DNA of 64,000 bases from Terriglobia bacterium (GCA_965198225.1 CBDAOY010000005.1:512001-576000); one strand, 5' to 3'. Positions 22,085 through 32,167 are shown, counted from the first letter of the stretch. The notes: generated from the letters alone by a model not told the origin. Program-made: numbers and translations.

Positions 22085-22232
22085 TCCGGTGGAATACCCC
22101 CCCCTGTTTCCTGGAATAGGGTCAACAGCGGGGGTATTCCAGAATCCGGGTCGCGGGCATTCCAAAACCCCCTTCCATCAGGTCCCTCATTCTTCGGTTC
22201 TTATCCCCGAATACCCCGGCCCGACCGTTACG
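22085..22232. promoter_or_regulatory. putative oriT-like site, variant 1
   Basis: TGGAATA at 22090 and 22112, (T/C)ATTCCA at 22135 and 22158, then a core shared with 61699-61765. Confidence 0.55.
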
Positions 22233-22407
22233 AGGCAGGAGGAGCGGAGAGGACGGGAGCGACCCCCCCTCTGGCGCGTTGTCCTGGTCATGGCTGTGGG
22301 CCCCGGTGGTGCCCCCGCCCTTTCCCCGGTGGGGGGATCGCTCCCGTCCTATTTATCCCTGCGGGAAGGCTCGGAGCCGAAGCGGGAGGCGGGAAGCGCC
22401 GAGGTCC

Positions 22408-22715
22408 CAGCAGCGCCTTGCGCGCCGCGGCGAGCACCTCCGGGGGCAGGGAACCGAGGCGCACCAGGTCGTTGGGAGAAACACTCCGCTTGCCGAAGCG
22501 CCGCACGGTGATGGCCACGCTGGGGCTGGCCGGCGGGACGCAGATGGCCACTCTTGATCCGTCATCCAGGCGGGCATCCACGATAGGCTTCTGCGCCGGG
22601 TCCAGACCCAGGGGCCGCGCAATATGGATGGCCGCGCGGGCCAGCGCCCGCCGATCGAGCGCGGGCGCCGGGTGGGGCTGGAGTTTTCCATGCGGGGCGA
22701 GTTTATCGCGCTCGA
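22408..22715 (-). pseudogene. VirB11/CpaF secretion ATPase internal fragment
   Basis: DARLDDGSRVAICVPPASPSVAITVRRFGKR. Confidence 0.75.
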
Positions 22716-23200
22716 GAATCAGGCGCGCATTCAGGGGCGGGGCTTATGGGCGCCGCGTTAGGCCGGGCTATGCCGAACACGAAATGTTGGGGGCCTTCCC
22801 TTCCCTCTGGCCGCAATCCGCGCTGTCTCGCGCAATCCGCACACACGGTCTTGAGGGTCGGCCACCTTCGTAGGGCGGCGCCTTTGCACGGCGGACTTCC
22901 AACGCCGGGGCGAGCCAACAGGCTGCGCCTCGGCGGGTGCGCCCATCGAGTCCTTGCCCCGGCCGGAATCTCGGTTGGGTTCCGACGATGTGCCGCCGGC
23001 CGCTGGCGGGGACCGTGGCCCGGCGCACCTCTCACGCCAGACCGGGAACCCGCTCCGCGGCGTCTGTCAGTCGATGTGCTTTATGCCGGGCGGGCCTGTC
23101 CCCGTCAGCGCCCTGGCTATCCCCTTCCCGCCGGGCTTGCCTTTGTCGCCTGTCTTTGTGAACGACAAAATTCAAACCCTTTAACTCAGAAGGATCCAAC

Positions 23201-23470
23201 ATGTCTTCACAGAAACCTATCACCGAAATCCGCATCGGGGCCGTCAAGGCCACGATCTGGCGGAATGGCACCGCCGATCAGCCGCGGCACAACGTCACCT
23301 TTTCCAGACTCTACAAGGACGGCGATACCTGGAAGTCCACCCAGGGCTTCGGACGCAACGATCTCCTGTTGCTGGCGAAGGTGGCCGACCAGGCGCATTC
23401 GCGCATCTTCCAGCTCCCGCTTCCCGACGGCGCCGAAGCCACCCCGGAGGACGACACCCCAGTGGCATAA
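23201..23470 (+). CDS. small putative ssDNA-binding protein
   Basis: IRIGAVKATIWRN...VTFSRLYKDGDTWKSTQGFGRNDL with acidic tail; RBS present. Confidence 0.7.
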   Translation: MSSQKPITEIRIGAVKATIWRNGTADQPRHNVTFSRLYKDGDTWKSTQGFGRNDLLLLAKVADQAHSRIFQLPLPDGAEATPEDDTPVA

Positions 23471-23823
23471 CCCAACGCGGCTGCGGCGGGGATCACGCCC
23501 CGCCGCAGCTATGGCGCTGTCAGGGTCCACGGCTATCGCTCGCTTTGCAAGGGAGGCTACTGATGGTCGATGAGCAATTCGGAAAACTGGCAGCGATGCG
23601 CAGGGTCGACCACATTAAAGCTCTCGGCGTCGCCGTCGCTTTGATCCGAGCTTACACCGACAAATTCATTGCCACAGAACTGAAGCAGGTTGCCAGGCGC
23701 TGGGGACGTCGGTTTCTGGGCGAAGCGTTGCTTCTCAAGAGCTCCGACGCCGACAAAAACTTATTCTTAGCGGACCCGCGCTGGCCAGCGAAGAACGATA
23801 ACAATAAGAGGAATTTTAAAGAC

Positions 23824-24756
23824 ATGCGCGATAAATCAAAACCTGATCTCTCGCTGGTGCCACCCCAGGCCCGGCATCACTTCACTTTGGCCGATCAGGT
23901 GGACCAGTTAGTCGCGGCCAGCGAAGCGGACGCCGATATAGGTTTCATGGCGCGGCTGCTCTCGCTGTGCAGCCTGCCCCGCACCAACCCCGGTGACCAG
24001 AAGGAATACAAGCGGATCAATGGGCCGTACACTCTCTACATGAACGCTACGGCAAACAACAAACTCCCCTACGGAAATCTCCCCCGCTTGATCCTCGCGT
24101 GGCTATGTACCGAGGTGGTAAAGACACAAAGCCGCGAGATCGTTCTAGGAAAGTCGCTGGCCGAGTTCATGCGCAAGCTAGGGATCGGCAGTGACAGCGG
24201 CGGGAGCCGGGGCGAGGGCACCCGCCTCCGCAATCAAATGAAGCGGCTGTTTCATTGCACGGTCTCACTGATCTCCGAGCACGCGCACGGGGAGCGATTT
24301 GTCACATCGCCCATTGCCGACCGGGGTGAATTCTGGTGGGATCCGACACGGTCCGATGAGCGCCCACTGTGGAGTAGCAAAATCCGCATCGGTGAGGATT
24401 TTTTCAACCAGATCATCAGCCACCCCGTGCCGATCGACATGAACACCCTGAAGGCGCTCAAGCGTTCCTCGGTGGGCTTGGACATGTACCTGTGGCTAGT
24501 GTATCGAACCTTCTCTCTCACGAGGCCACTATCCCTCTCATGGCGTCAGATATACCGCCAATTCGGCGCAGATCCAGCCAACGCCACCGACAAATTCGCC
24601 GTCCGCAGCTTCCGTGAAAAGGCGCTACGCGAGTTGAATAAGATCAAGACGGCATGGCCGGGACTGAACTATGGGACGGCCAGGGGCGTATTGATCCTGT
24701 ACCCCTCAAAGTCCGCGATCCCTCCAGCACCCAAGCCATTGCGGCTTGCGGAATAG
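23824..24756 (+). CDS. repA: plasmid replication initiator (RepA_C family)
   Basis: GFMARLLSLCSLPRTNP, LPYGNLPRLILAW, RLRNQMKRLF, LDMYLWLVYR; frame open from 23545, ATG 23824 preferred. Confidence 0.88.
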   Translation: MRDKSKPDLSLVPPQARHHFTLADQVDQLVAASEADADIGFMARLLSLCSLPRTNPGDQKEYKRINGPYTLYMNATANNKLPYGNLPRLILAWLCTEVVKTQSREIVLGKSLAEFMRKLGIGSDSGGSRGEGTRLRNQMKRLFHCTVSLISEHAHGERFVTSPIADRGEFWWDPTRSDERPLWSSKIRIGEDFFNQIISHPVPIDMNTLKALKRSSVGLDMYLWLVYRTFSLTRPLSLSWRQIYRQFGADPANATDKFAVRSFREKALRELNKIKTAWPGLNYGTARGVLILYPSKSAIPPAPKPLRLAE

Positions 24757-24889
24757 CGGTTTCTTGTCTTCTCAGCGCCCCGTCATTACTTTCTTCCGCC
24801 AAGCCGGTCAACGTCCTCCCAATCTCAAAATTGTCAGAATCAGTAAACAACATATTTCCACAGGCTTATGTTCATTTTCGCGGTTTTCC

Positions 24890-25020
24890 ACGCTGAAGTG
24901 GGGTCACTAATCCACCCTGATTTCCGCTGAAACAGGGTCACTAATCCACCCTGATTTCCGCTGAAACAGGGTCACTAATACATATAGAAGACAAGTAATA
25001 AGATTCTTCATGTATTAGGA
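24890..25020. repeat. iteron-like 34-bp tandem repeats plus AT-rich tract (putative oriV)
   Basis: GGGTCACTAATCCACCCTGATTTCCGCTGAAACA at 24901 and 24935, partial third at 24969; directly downstream of repA. Confidence 0.8.
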
Positions 25021-25118
25021 ACGGCGGGATCTGTTGAAAACAAGGAGATAAATTCAAAGAAACCGAAATCATGGAAAAGAGGGACAGCTAGGTCCAGGAA
25101 GACCATCGAGACACTCTG

Positions 25119-25415
25119 TTAGTGCAGAAGCTCCCGATCTCGCATATCCAGTAGTGCCCCAACCGCGTACAGCGTCTCAATCTGAGCATTCAGCGCGGCC
25201 GGGTCGGCCACCCGGAGCGTGTCAACTAATTCGCGTAAGAGCCCCGGCCCCAACCCACAAACATTCAAGGCAGCATCGACATGAACACAGTCAGGGCAAA
25301 GTGTCATTCCCGACCCGATGTTTTTACCCGTGACGCCGCACAGCGTAATCGACTGGGTGGACGACTCGCCCACCCAGTCGACGCGCAGGTGGTAATACAG
25401 TTCCGGATTTTCCAT
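25119..25415 (-). CDS. hypothetical protein
   Basis: 98-aa ORF with RBS-like GAGG; Cys motifs (TLCG...CPDC). Confidence 0.4.
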   Translation of the reverse strand: MENPELYYHLRVDWVGESSTQSITLCGVTGKNIGSGMTLCPDCVHVDAALNVCGLGPGLLRELVDTLRVADPAALNAQIETLYAVGALLDMRDRELLH

Positions 25416-25780
25416 TGGACTTACAGATTACCTCATGACTAGGCCGAGGCCGCAATCCAGTGTTAATACAGTCGCGGCTCAGCTCAAACGAAGTTCGGCG
25501 AGGTCCAAAGACAAAAGTTCGTACGCGAAGCTGCTTCATCTGACAATGAGACCGAAAGATTTCTCGCGTTCGTGGAGGATCGAATCAAGAAAGGAAGCCT
25601 CCCGACGGTCGGGAGGTTCGCTCCCTTTTTCCTTGTCGGTTCGCGCACGAGATCACTATCCTCGAAGGGAACACGAATCGTCGCAAATGAGCCCGTGCGT
25701 GCTCGAACAGTCCGGCGGAACTGGGTCGGCTGGACTGGTTTCGGAGCGGCGTCGATGAGCTCCATTTTGACTCCCAAAAT

Positions 25781-26338
25781 GTGAGGTTTAGATCAGTGCA
25801 CCCACTCTGCTTCTTACTCTGTTCGGATCGCTTCTGGACCAAACCAGTTGCAGCCATGTACGACCACCAGGTAACTCTCGTTGAAGACGCAGTTCTGTCG
25901 CTGGCCGAGGGCATGCCGGCTGAGGCCTACGACTTTGCTCCGACCAGTGGAGAGTTCGCCGGCGTTCGAAGCTTCGGCGAACAGGTGAAGCACGTCGCGA
26001 CGATGATCTACATGACGGGTGCGGTTGTCATGGAGGAGGAATCACCCTACCGCCCCGGCACTCACAACAACGGTCCGGACGACGTTAGATCCAAGGATGA
26101 GATCATCGCGTTTCTCAAAGGGTCGCTGGCGTAGGCACGCCGGGCCATGGCTTCCCTGACCGTTGAGAATCCTTTGTATCCGGTACCGTCCGTTTTTGGC
26201 CGGAGGCCTCGGTCGGAAGCGGCTGCGGGGGTGGCATACCACAGTTTCGACCACTACGGGCAGATGGTAGTGTACGCGCGCATGAACGGGATTGTGCCAC
26301 CGGCGATCGTGCCGACAGGCGACGAAGGTGTACGGTAG
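25781..26338 (+). pseudogene. DinB-family protein with in-frame TAG
   Basis: AEGMPAEAYDFAP...RSFGEQVKHVA...LKGSLA*ARRA...HSFDHYGQMVVYARMNGIVPP; stop at 26132-26134. Confidence 0.82.
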
Positions 26339-26896
26339 GCTATAAACCGAACTAACTGGAAGCCTCGACGTCGACCGGGACCGTTTCAAAGACCAACTCT
26401 CCGTCCGCTCCAGCTTCAACGAGGACGTGTGAAGCCGCGGGAATCTTGCCTTCGAGAATTTCGACTGAATGGAATGCATAAAGGAGCGGTTACGCATTCT
26501 ACAGCCTGACCTGCACCTTCGCTTCAGGCGCATGATCCGTGCGGGCCCAATTGAAACAGTCTCTGGAGGCTGTCATTTTCCTTTTGCAAATCACCCTCCA
26601 TGCCTGACGGCTCCGTCTGTGAATCGCCCGATCGTCAGCGCCGGGTTAAGGCCTTTTGGCCAGTCGGGTTTCAGGGAACAGACTTCCTTGCTGTTCAACT
26701 GCCCCTTTCCGACGGACACCATGTGTCCCTGCCTTCTCCGTAACTGGGAAGAATGAGCCATCCTGCATAAACAAAACAGATTTGTTCCGATCGGTGAAGT
26801 TATCGGCGAACTGGACGTGACGGTGACGGCGATCCCTCCGGCTCAGCAGCTTTCGCTTGCAGAGTAAGCTCCGCCGCTTCACTCTACGAACGAAAG

Positions 26897-27376
26897 ATGA
26901 AGCCGAGGATATCCATCGGAACTTGCCAGAGGGCGGTTTCTATCGTTGAAAGGGCGAGGCAGACCGTCGATGTCGGCATCCCTGTAATGATCCGTGGGGA
27001 GGAGGTCCTCATCACCCGAGGCCTCCGGGTCCAGGAGAAGCACTGGGTCTGCGGAGATATCCGGCTTTCGCGCGTCAGCCAGGAAGAGCTTACCCGGAAG
27101 GCGCACGCCATCATTGCAGAAGACGAACGCCAGTTCCTCGAGCGGTTTCCTCCTCGCCCGCCAACGATATCCATCCAGGAGTGCCAGGAAGCGATTGAGA
27201 TAGCCGGGGCCATTTCCATCACCCTTCGGGGCGAGGAGATGCGGATCACCGAGCTCGCCACCCGGGATATCAGCAAGTGGGTCAGCGGAGATATCCGGTT
27301 CACGCCCAAAGAGAAAGAACTCCTCACCAACCAGGCCCGCGCCATCATTGCGGGCAAGGACATGGCATCCGAATAA
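26897..27376 (+). CDS. hypothetical protein with an internal two-fold repeat
   Basis: ISIxxCQxA...RGEExxIT...WVxGDIR...ELT/LLT..AxAIIA occurs twice. Confidence 0.7.
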   Translation: MKPRISIGTCQRAVSIVERARQTVDVGIPVMIRGEEVLITRGLRVQEKHWVCGDIRLSRVSQEELTRKAHAIIAEDERQFLERFPPRPPTISIQECQEAIEIAGAISITLRGEEMRITELATRDISKWVSGDIRFTPKEKELLTNQARAIIAGKDMASE

Positions 27377-27514
27377 CCCATTTCCGGCCCTCAGAGGCCT
27401 TTTCGCCCCGTGTTGGGCCTCTGGGTTGTTCTTCAATCGTCAGAAGCGCCACCGCACTCGATCTCCAACAGCAAAGCCAGGAAGCGGTCCAGCACTAAAG
27501 TTAGGATAGCCGAT

Positions 27515-27787
27515 TCAAGGCTTGAGGATTTGCGCGATTAGAGGCTTTCCGCGGGAATGAAAGAGCAAGTCGAGCGCTTCTTCAAGAAGCTTCTGGACAC
27601 TGCTGTTTTCTTCCACCGCCAAGTGACGTAGTTGCGTCGAGACGGCGGGGTCAAAATAGCCACCAACGTGCTTACTCCGGTTGCGTCCACTGCGTGACCG
27701 CGCGGCGGGAGTGGCGGCGGGAGTCACGGACTCCTGGGCGGTCTGAAGCGCTTTCGCGAACTTGTTGGCCATTGGATTGAACTCCAT
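27515..27787 (-). CDS. ribbon-helix-helix partition protein (ParG-like)
   Basis: KHVGGYFDPAVSTQLRHLAVEENSSVQKLLEEALDLLF; directly downstream of parA. Confidence 0.82.
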   Translation of the reverse strand: MEFNPMANKFAKALQTAQESVTPAATPAARSRSGRNRSKHVGGYFDPAVSTQLRHLAVEENSSVQKLLEEALDLLFHSRGKPLIAQILKP

Positions 27788-27790
27788 TGT

Positions 27791-28423
27791 TTATGATGTC
27801 CTGAATGTGTGAACACGCTCAACTATGCACTCGTGCAAATGTTCAGCTTCGGTAGCGGCCTTTCCCCCTGGCTCAAATTCTTGGGCCGCTTGGCCGCTAA
27901 TCAACGCCCGTGCAAACGCCACGCGGTTGCCGAGCCTCACGGGACAGACTTCGACGGCGAGGTCTGCGATCGCATCGGCAGCTTGAGTGGCATCCTGCCC
28001 CAGAGGGGCCACTGCATTGAGCACCACATAAACAGGTGTTTCTGCGGTGCGAACGAAATGTAGTGTTTTCGAAATTGCCTCCAGATCCAAAATCGCGGGC
28101 CGGCAGGGGATCACCACAAGATCGGCGGCTTTAGCTGCCTCTAGCGCTGCGCTGTCAGAATGGGGGGCCGTGTCTAGGTAAAGGATTTCACCGCCCGTCT
28201 CCTCCACACGAGTAGCCTCATGGCGGAGGCGGCTCGCGTGGGCCGAGAGCACCACGGGCAGTTCGTCTCGGCGGCGGTCAGCCCAATTGGCAGCGGAGGC
28301 TTGGGGGTCGAGGTCGATCACTGCCGTATTGCGCCCAGCCCTTGCGGAAGCCACAGCCATGTGCAGCGCAATTGTTGTTTTTCCGGACCCACCTTTTTGG
28401 CTGACAATGGCGATTGTCTTCAC
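27791..28423 (-). CDS. parA: ParA-family partition ATPase (short type Ib)
   Basis: QKGGSGKTT, IDLDPQAS, LDTAP. Confidence 0.93.
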   Translation of the reverse strand: MKTIAIVSQKGGSGKTTIALHMAVASARAGRNTAVIDLDPQASAANWADRRRDELPVVLSAHASRLRHEATRVEETGGEILYLDTAPHSDSAALEAAKAADLVVIPCRPAILDLEAISKTLHFVRTAETPVYVVLNAVAPLGQDATQAADAIADLAVEVCPVRLGNRVAFARALISGQAAQEFEPGGKAATEAEHLHECIVERVHTFRTS

Positions 28424-28743
28424 GAGATGGACTCCATGTTTGCTGGATTGAACATATGCACAATATCAAGTATACCAATCTGCAGGTGTGAGCCATAGCA
28501 CGTGTGCAGGATTTAAGCGGTGGTGCGTTGCTGTGGGCCAGTCCCGCGATCCACCGCTGACGGGCAGCGTCCACGGCCCACTGGGGGCCAGCTTCGCCGT
28601 GCCGGCGACGAGATCACGTCCAACATGGCCGAGCGCCGCAAGGATGCCCAGGTGGCCCGCGAGGTCAAGGTCGCGCAGGGTCATGGTTAGCGTGTAGGGA
28701 CCGTTGTAAAGGAGGTTATGAGGTTATGAACGAAAAGGTTGTA

Positions 28744-29026
28744 TGAACTAAGCCGCAGGCGCTCGGATGCTACATGTGTGGTATGGTCTGGTGCGATCAG
28801 ACGATGAAGGTATTTCGCAAATCACGCCCCAACGTGAGTCACTTTTCGACACAAAGTCGTAAGCCGTTCATTAAAAGCCGGTTAAAATTGAAAACCCATA
28901 GGCGCTGGCCCGCATCCTCTTAACGCGCCTCCGGCTCACTTCAAACCATTCTATCCGACATCGCCCGGCATCATTTTCTGTCACTGTCGGTGCCTGACGA
29001 TCTCCGATAGAATCATGGCGTTTATC
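28744..29026 (+). repeat. 283-bp direct repeat, copy 2
   Basis: Near-identical to 8761..9043. Confidence 0.95.
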
Positions 29027-29692
29027 GTTCATGTCCAGCCCGGCCCGCCACTCTTCCGGAAATCATATAATGCCGGATCACTCCCTCACATCGGGTAAAA
29101 TCACCCCCGGCCCCATGCCTTCCAAACCTACTTGGTTTCACCGACTTGGGGAAATCCTCGACGTCCTTCGCGACATGGACACGAGCCAACTCGACCGCCA
29201 GGGGTTCGATCCAACTCATAACACTGCCCACCGCATCGAGATTCCCACGGGTTTGCTGGGGAGCGCGTCGCATGGGGCGCAGGTTTCTGGCAATCAGCGC
29301 AGTCGAAGAGGCCCCAAAACGCCCCTTGTAAAATGGTGGGGAGTCCTTTTACGTTATCGAAATCAACCGGCGCCATGAAACCGAGATCGGGACCCGCTAC
29401 GCGGTCCGCGACCTAACGGTTTACCTGATCGGCAATGGTGAAGTGGTGCCGCACCTGGGGCGAAGAGGAAAGGGGCGCCGTCACCGGCACTGCCAGCTCG
29501 CCGACAACTTCACCGATGGGAACCAATCCGTCTCGTTTACGCTGCATGGCATTTCGTCATTTTCCAGTGGTCCCGGACAAGACAGTGTCGCCAGGCAGCA
29601 GGCGATTTAACAGAGACTTGGGACGGAGAGTTTCAAGGCGAAGCAGAGTTTGGCCTCAGGTTATCAGGGAGGAGGTGCTGCTGGAGATATTG

Positions 29693-31639
29693 TCAAGTTG
29701 AGCCGCTTGTGGACACAGCGGTCCGATCATTTTCGCCTTCATCTATGTTCCCGACTAGCGATGAAGGGACGCGCCGCCGAATCCTCCACATACGATAGGC
29801 CACCCACGCCGACAAGGAAACGCAGACTACCCCTACCTGTACGATGGGGGGATCTTCGTTGGGCTCTCCCACGTTTTCGCCTAAAAGTATTCCGAGAAAG
29901 AAAAAAAGCGGGAGAGCGGCCAGCGCCAACCGTATGAGTGTTCTGTTGAATCTTCCCAACTTGGAAGAAGTGGCAGTGCCCCAAAGCTCGGCCCCAATAC
30001 TGAGGTCCCTTTGAAGGGCCCATGATAGTTCCATGAGATCGCGATACTGAGTCAGTTCGCGAATGAGAGGATCGACCTGACGCAGGGCGAGTGGAGGTCG
30101 CCGCTCCAGATAGCGGCGGACGAAACGATACTCGTAGACGTGGAGTTCCAGTGCCGCAGCCGAAGCATCCTCCACGGCGGAGACACCGTACTTCTTGGCC
30201 AGGGAGAGCACACCCAGGATGCGGCGGACCGCAGCTTCCCCTTGTCGGCGGTGAATGGCGTCACAGAGTGTGCCGATGTGGGTGCCAGCGCGGCGGGCTC
30301 GGGCCAGCAGTTGCACCGTCGTTAACGGGGTTTTCTTCGGGTTGTCTTCAGCACGGACACGGTATCCACCCCGCTTCTGGCGGACATGCTCGCGGAGGAG
30401 TGGATAGGTGTTTGGGTCCAGGATCCGGACGTGAAGCGTGTCCCACTGGACCTTGACACCCCGTCCGATCCAGCCCGGCGGTACACTGTAATAGGCGGCT
30501 TCGACTTCGACGCAACCGTCGAGATGGACGACACGTTCACCGAATTGGTAATAGCGAAACGGTTCGATCGGCAGCGGCTTAAGAGATGGTTTCTCTTCGG
30601 CGAACATGGCCGCCACCTGCCGCTTGGTCGTGCCGTGGATGCGGGTGTCGGCCCATCGGACTTCCCAGCGATCCAGATACCCCTGGGCCTGGTCGAGGCT
30701 CTCGAAGCGCTGTCCCTTCAATGGGGTCTTCTGGGCGTGCCCGACACCGGATTCGACTTTGCCTTTGCGGTCTGGATCGCGCACCCGGCATGGCATGGCC
30801 ACCACGCCGTAATGGGTCAGGACATCTCGAAACAACGGATTCAGGGTGGGGTCGTAATGGTCCGGGACGATCACGCCTTCGCGCAGGTTATCCAGCACGA
30901 TGAGGCGGGGAGTGCCGCCGAGTCGGCGGAACGCGGTCTCGTGCAACTGGGCCCAGATGCGGGAACTGGACTTGAACGTCAGCAGCCGGACCGATTTGCG
31001 GCTGTAGCCCAACGTCATCACGAACAGCCGCGTCCGTCGGTACTTGCCCGTCTTCGGATCCCGGACCATCGGTCCGGTCCCGTAGTCGACCTGCGCTTCC
31101 TCTCCAGCTCCGGTCTGGATGATTCCGACCGCTTCCGGGGATCGCACTCCCCGGAGTTTGCGAACGAAACGCTTGACCGATTCGTAGCTGCCGACAAAAC
31201 CGTGATCCGTGACCAGGTCCTGCCAGATCGCCATCGCGTTGCGGCCACGCTCCAGCGCCTGTTGGATGGTCTCCCGGTACGGCTCGCAGGAACTGCCCGA
31301 CGGTGGGCTTGGAGGGGGAGCCGACGACTCTGCCGAGACCGGATTCTCGGCCTCCGGGTCGGTGGTCACTTCGTTGGCCGGTTTTGAAGTATCGGAACCG
31401 CCAAACCCCTCAACGACACCATTTACGCCGTCCGGGTCGGTGGTCACCTCGTTGGCCGGTTTTGCCGGTCGCCGGCCCCAACTCCCGGGCGGCCGAATGG
31501 GGATTCCGGCCGCTCTCAGATACGCACTGGCCGTCTCACGACGCACGCCGGTGGTCTGTTCGATCCGACGCAGCGGCCATCCAAGCCGCCCCAATGCAAC
31601 AACTTGCTCTCTCTTTTCTGTGCTCAAGACATTGCTCAT
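29693..31639 (-). CDS. istA: IS21-family transposase IstA, read through into an unrelated membrane-protein tail
   Basis: GEEAQVDYG, LDNLREG, KGKVESGV, RIHGTT motifs; last ~110 aa are not IS-like. Confidence 0.88.
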   Translation of the reverse strand: MSNVLSTEKREQVVALGRLGWPLRRIEQTTGVRRETASAYLRAAGIPIRPPGSWGRRPAKPANEVTTDPDGVNGVVEGFGGSDTSKPANEVTTDPEAENPVSAESSAPPPSPPSGSSCEPYRETIQQALERGRNAMAIWQDLVTDHGFVGSYESVKRFVRKLRGVRSPEAVGIIQTGAGEEAQVDYGTGPMVRDPKTGKYRRTRLFVMTLGYSRKSVRLLTFKSSSRIWAQLHETAFRRLGGTPRLIVLDNLREGVIVPDHYDPTLNPLFRDVLTHYGVVAMPCRVRDPDRKGKVESGVGHAQKTPLKGQRFESLDQAQGYLDRWEVRWADTRIHGTTKRQVAAMFAEEKPSLKPLPIEPFRYYQFGERVVHLDGCVEVEAAYYSVPPGWIGRGVKVQWDTLHVRILDPNTYPLLREHVRQKRGGYRVRAEDNPKKTPLTTVQLLARARRAGTHIGTLCDAIHRRQGEAAVRRILGVLSLAKKYGVSAVEDASAAALELHVYEYRFVRRYLERRPPLALRQVDPLIRELTQYRDLMELSWALQRDLSIGAELWGTATSSKLGRFNRTLIRLALAALPLFFFLGILLGENVGEPNEDPPIVQVGVVCVSLSAWVAYRMWRIRRRVPSSLVGNIDEGENDRTAVSTSGST

Positions 31640-31751
31640 GCCGACGGAGCCTGTTTCGGCTTCCCGTCGGTGTCAATGTCCCGGGCTTATCTATGTTCGT
31701 TGGCCGGTTTTCAGGTGACCACCATTGGCCGGTTTTGGGTGACCGCCGAGG
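30035..31751 (-). mobile_element. truncated IS21-family element (istA present, istB absent)
   Basis: End repeats CCTCGGCGGTCACCCAAAACCGGCCAATGGTGGTCACCTGAAAACCGGCCA at 31700-31751; IS similarity appears to end at ~30035. Confidence 0.85.
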
Positions 31752-32167
31752 CTGCTGGGAAGCATTCCCCAGGTGGGTCCGATACGAGCGGCTCAGATTG
31801 TGGCCACCGCCGATACGCCATACCGGTTCCGAACCAAGCGGCAGTTCTGGAGTTATAGCGGTCTGGCCGTGGTGACCCACAGCAGCGCGGAATACGATTT
31901 TCAGGATGGTCGTGTTCGGCGGCGATCCAAGCCGGTGGCCACACGGGGGTTGAACCGGAACTGCAACCGGCGCCTGAAGTCGGTCTTCGTCTCTGCCGCA
32001 GTTGCGGGTGGTCAGAGCGATCCCTGGTCCGAGTATCTGGAGAGACTCACGGGATGCGGCCGGAAATGGCTCGGTTCACTCTGGCGCGGAAGATTGCCAC
32101 AGTGGCTCTAACGATTTGGAAGAAGGGAGAAACGTTCGATCCCAAGAAACTGAACGCGACACCATAG
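31752..32167 (+). pseudogene. IS110-family transposase C-terminal fragment (frameshifted)
   Basis: SIPQVGPIRAAQIVA..PYRFRTKRQFWSYSGL..HSS..RGLNRNCNRRLK..LARKIATVALTIWKKGETFDP. Confidence 0.85.

Noticed and set aside
24901-24979. 34-bp repeats as a CRISPR array
   Set aside because: The units are contiguous with no spacers, and no cas genes are present; iterons fit better.
29693-30035. IstA fused to a membrane domain as a novel protein
   Set aside because: istB and the second IS end are missing, so read-through after a deletion is the simpler explanation.
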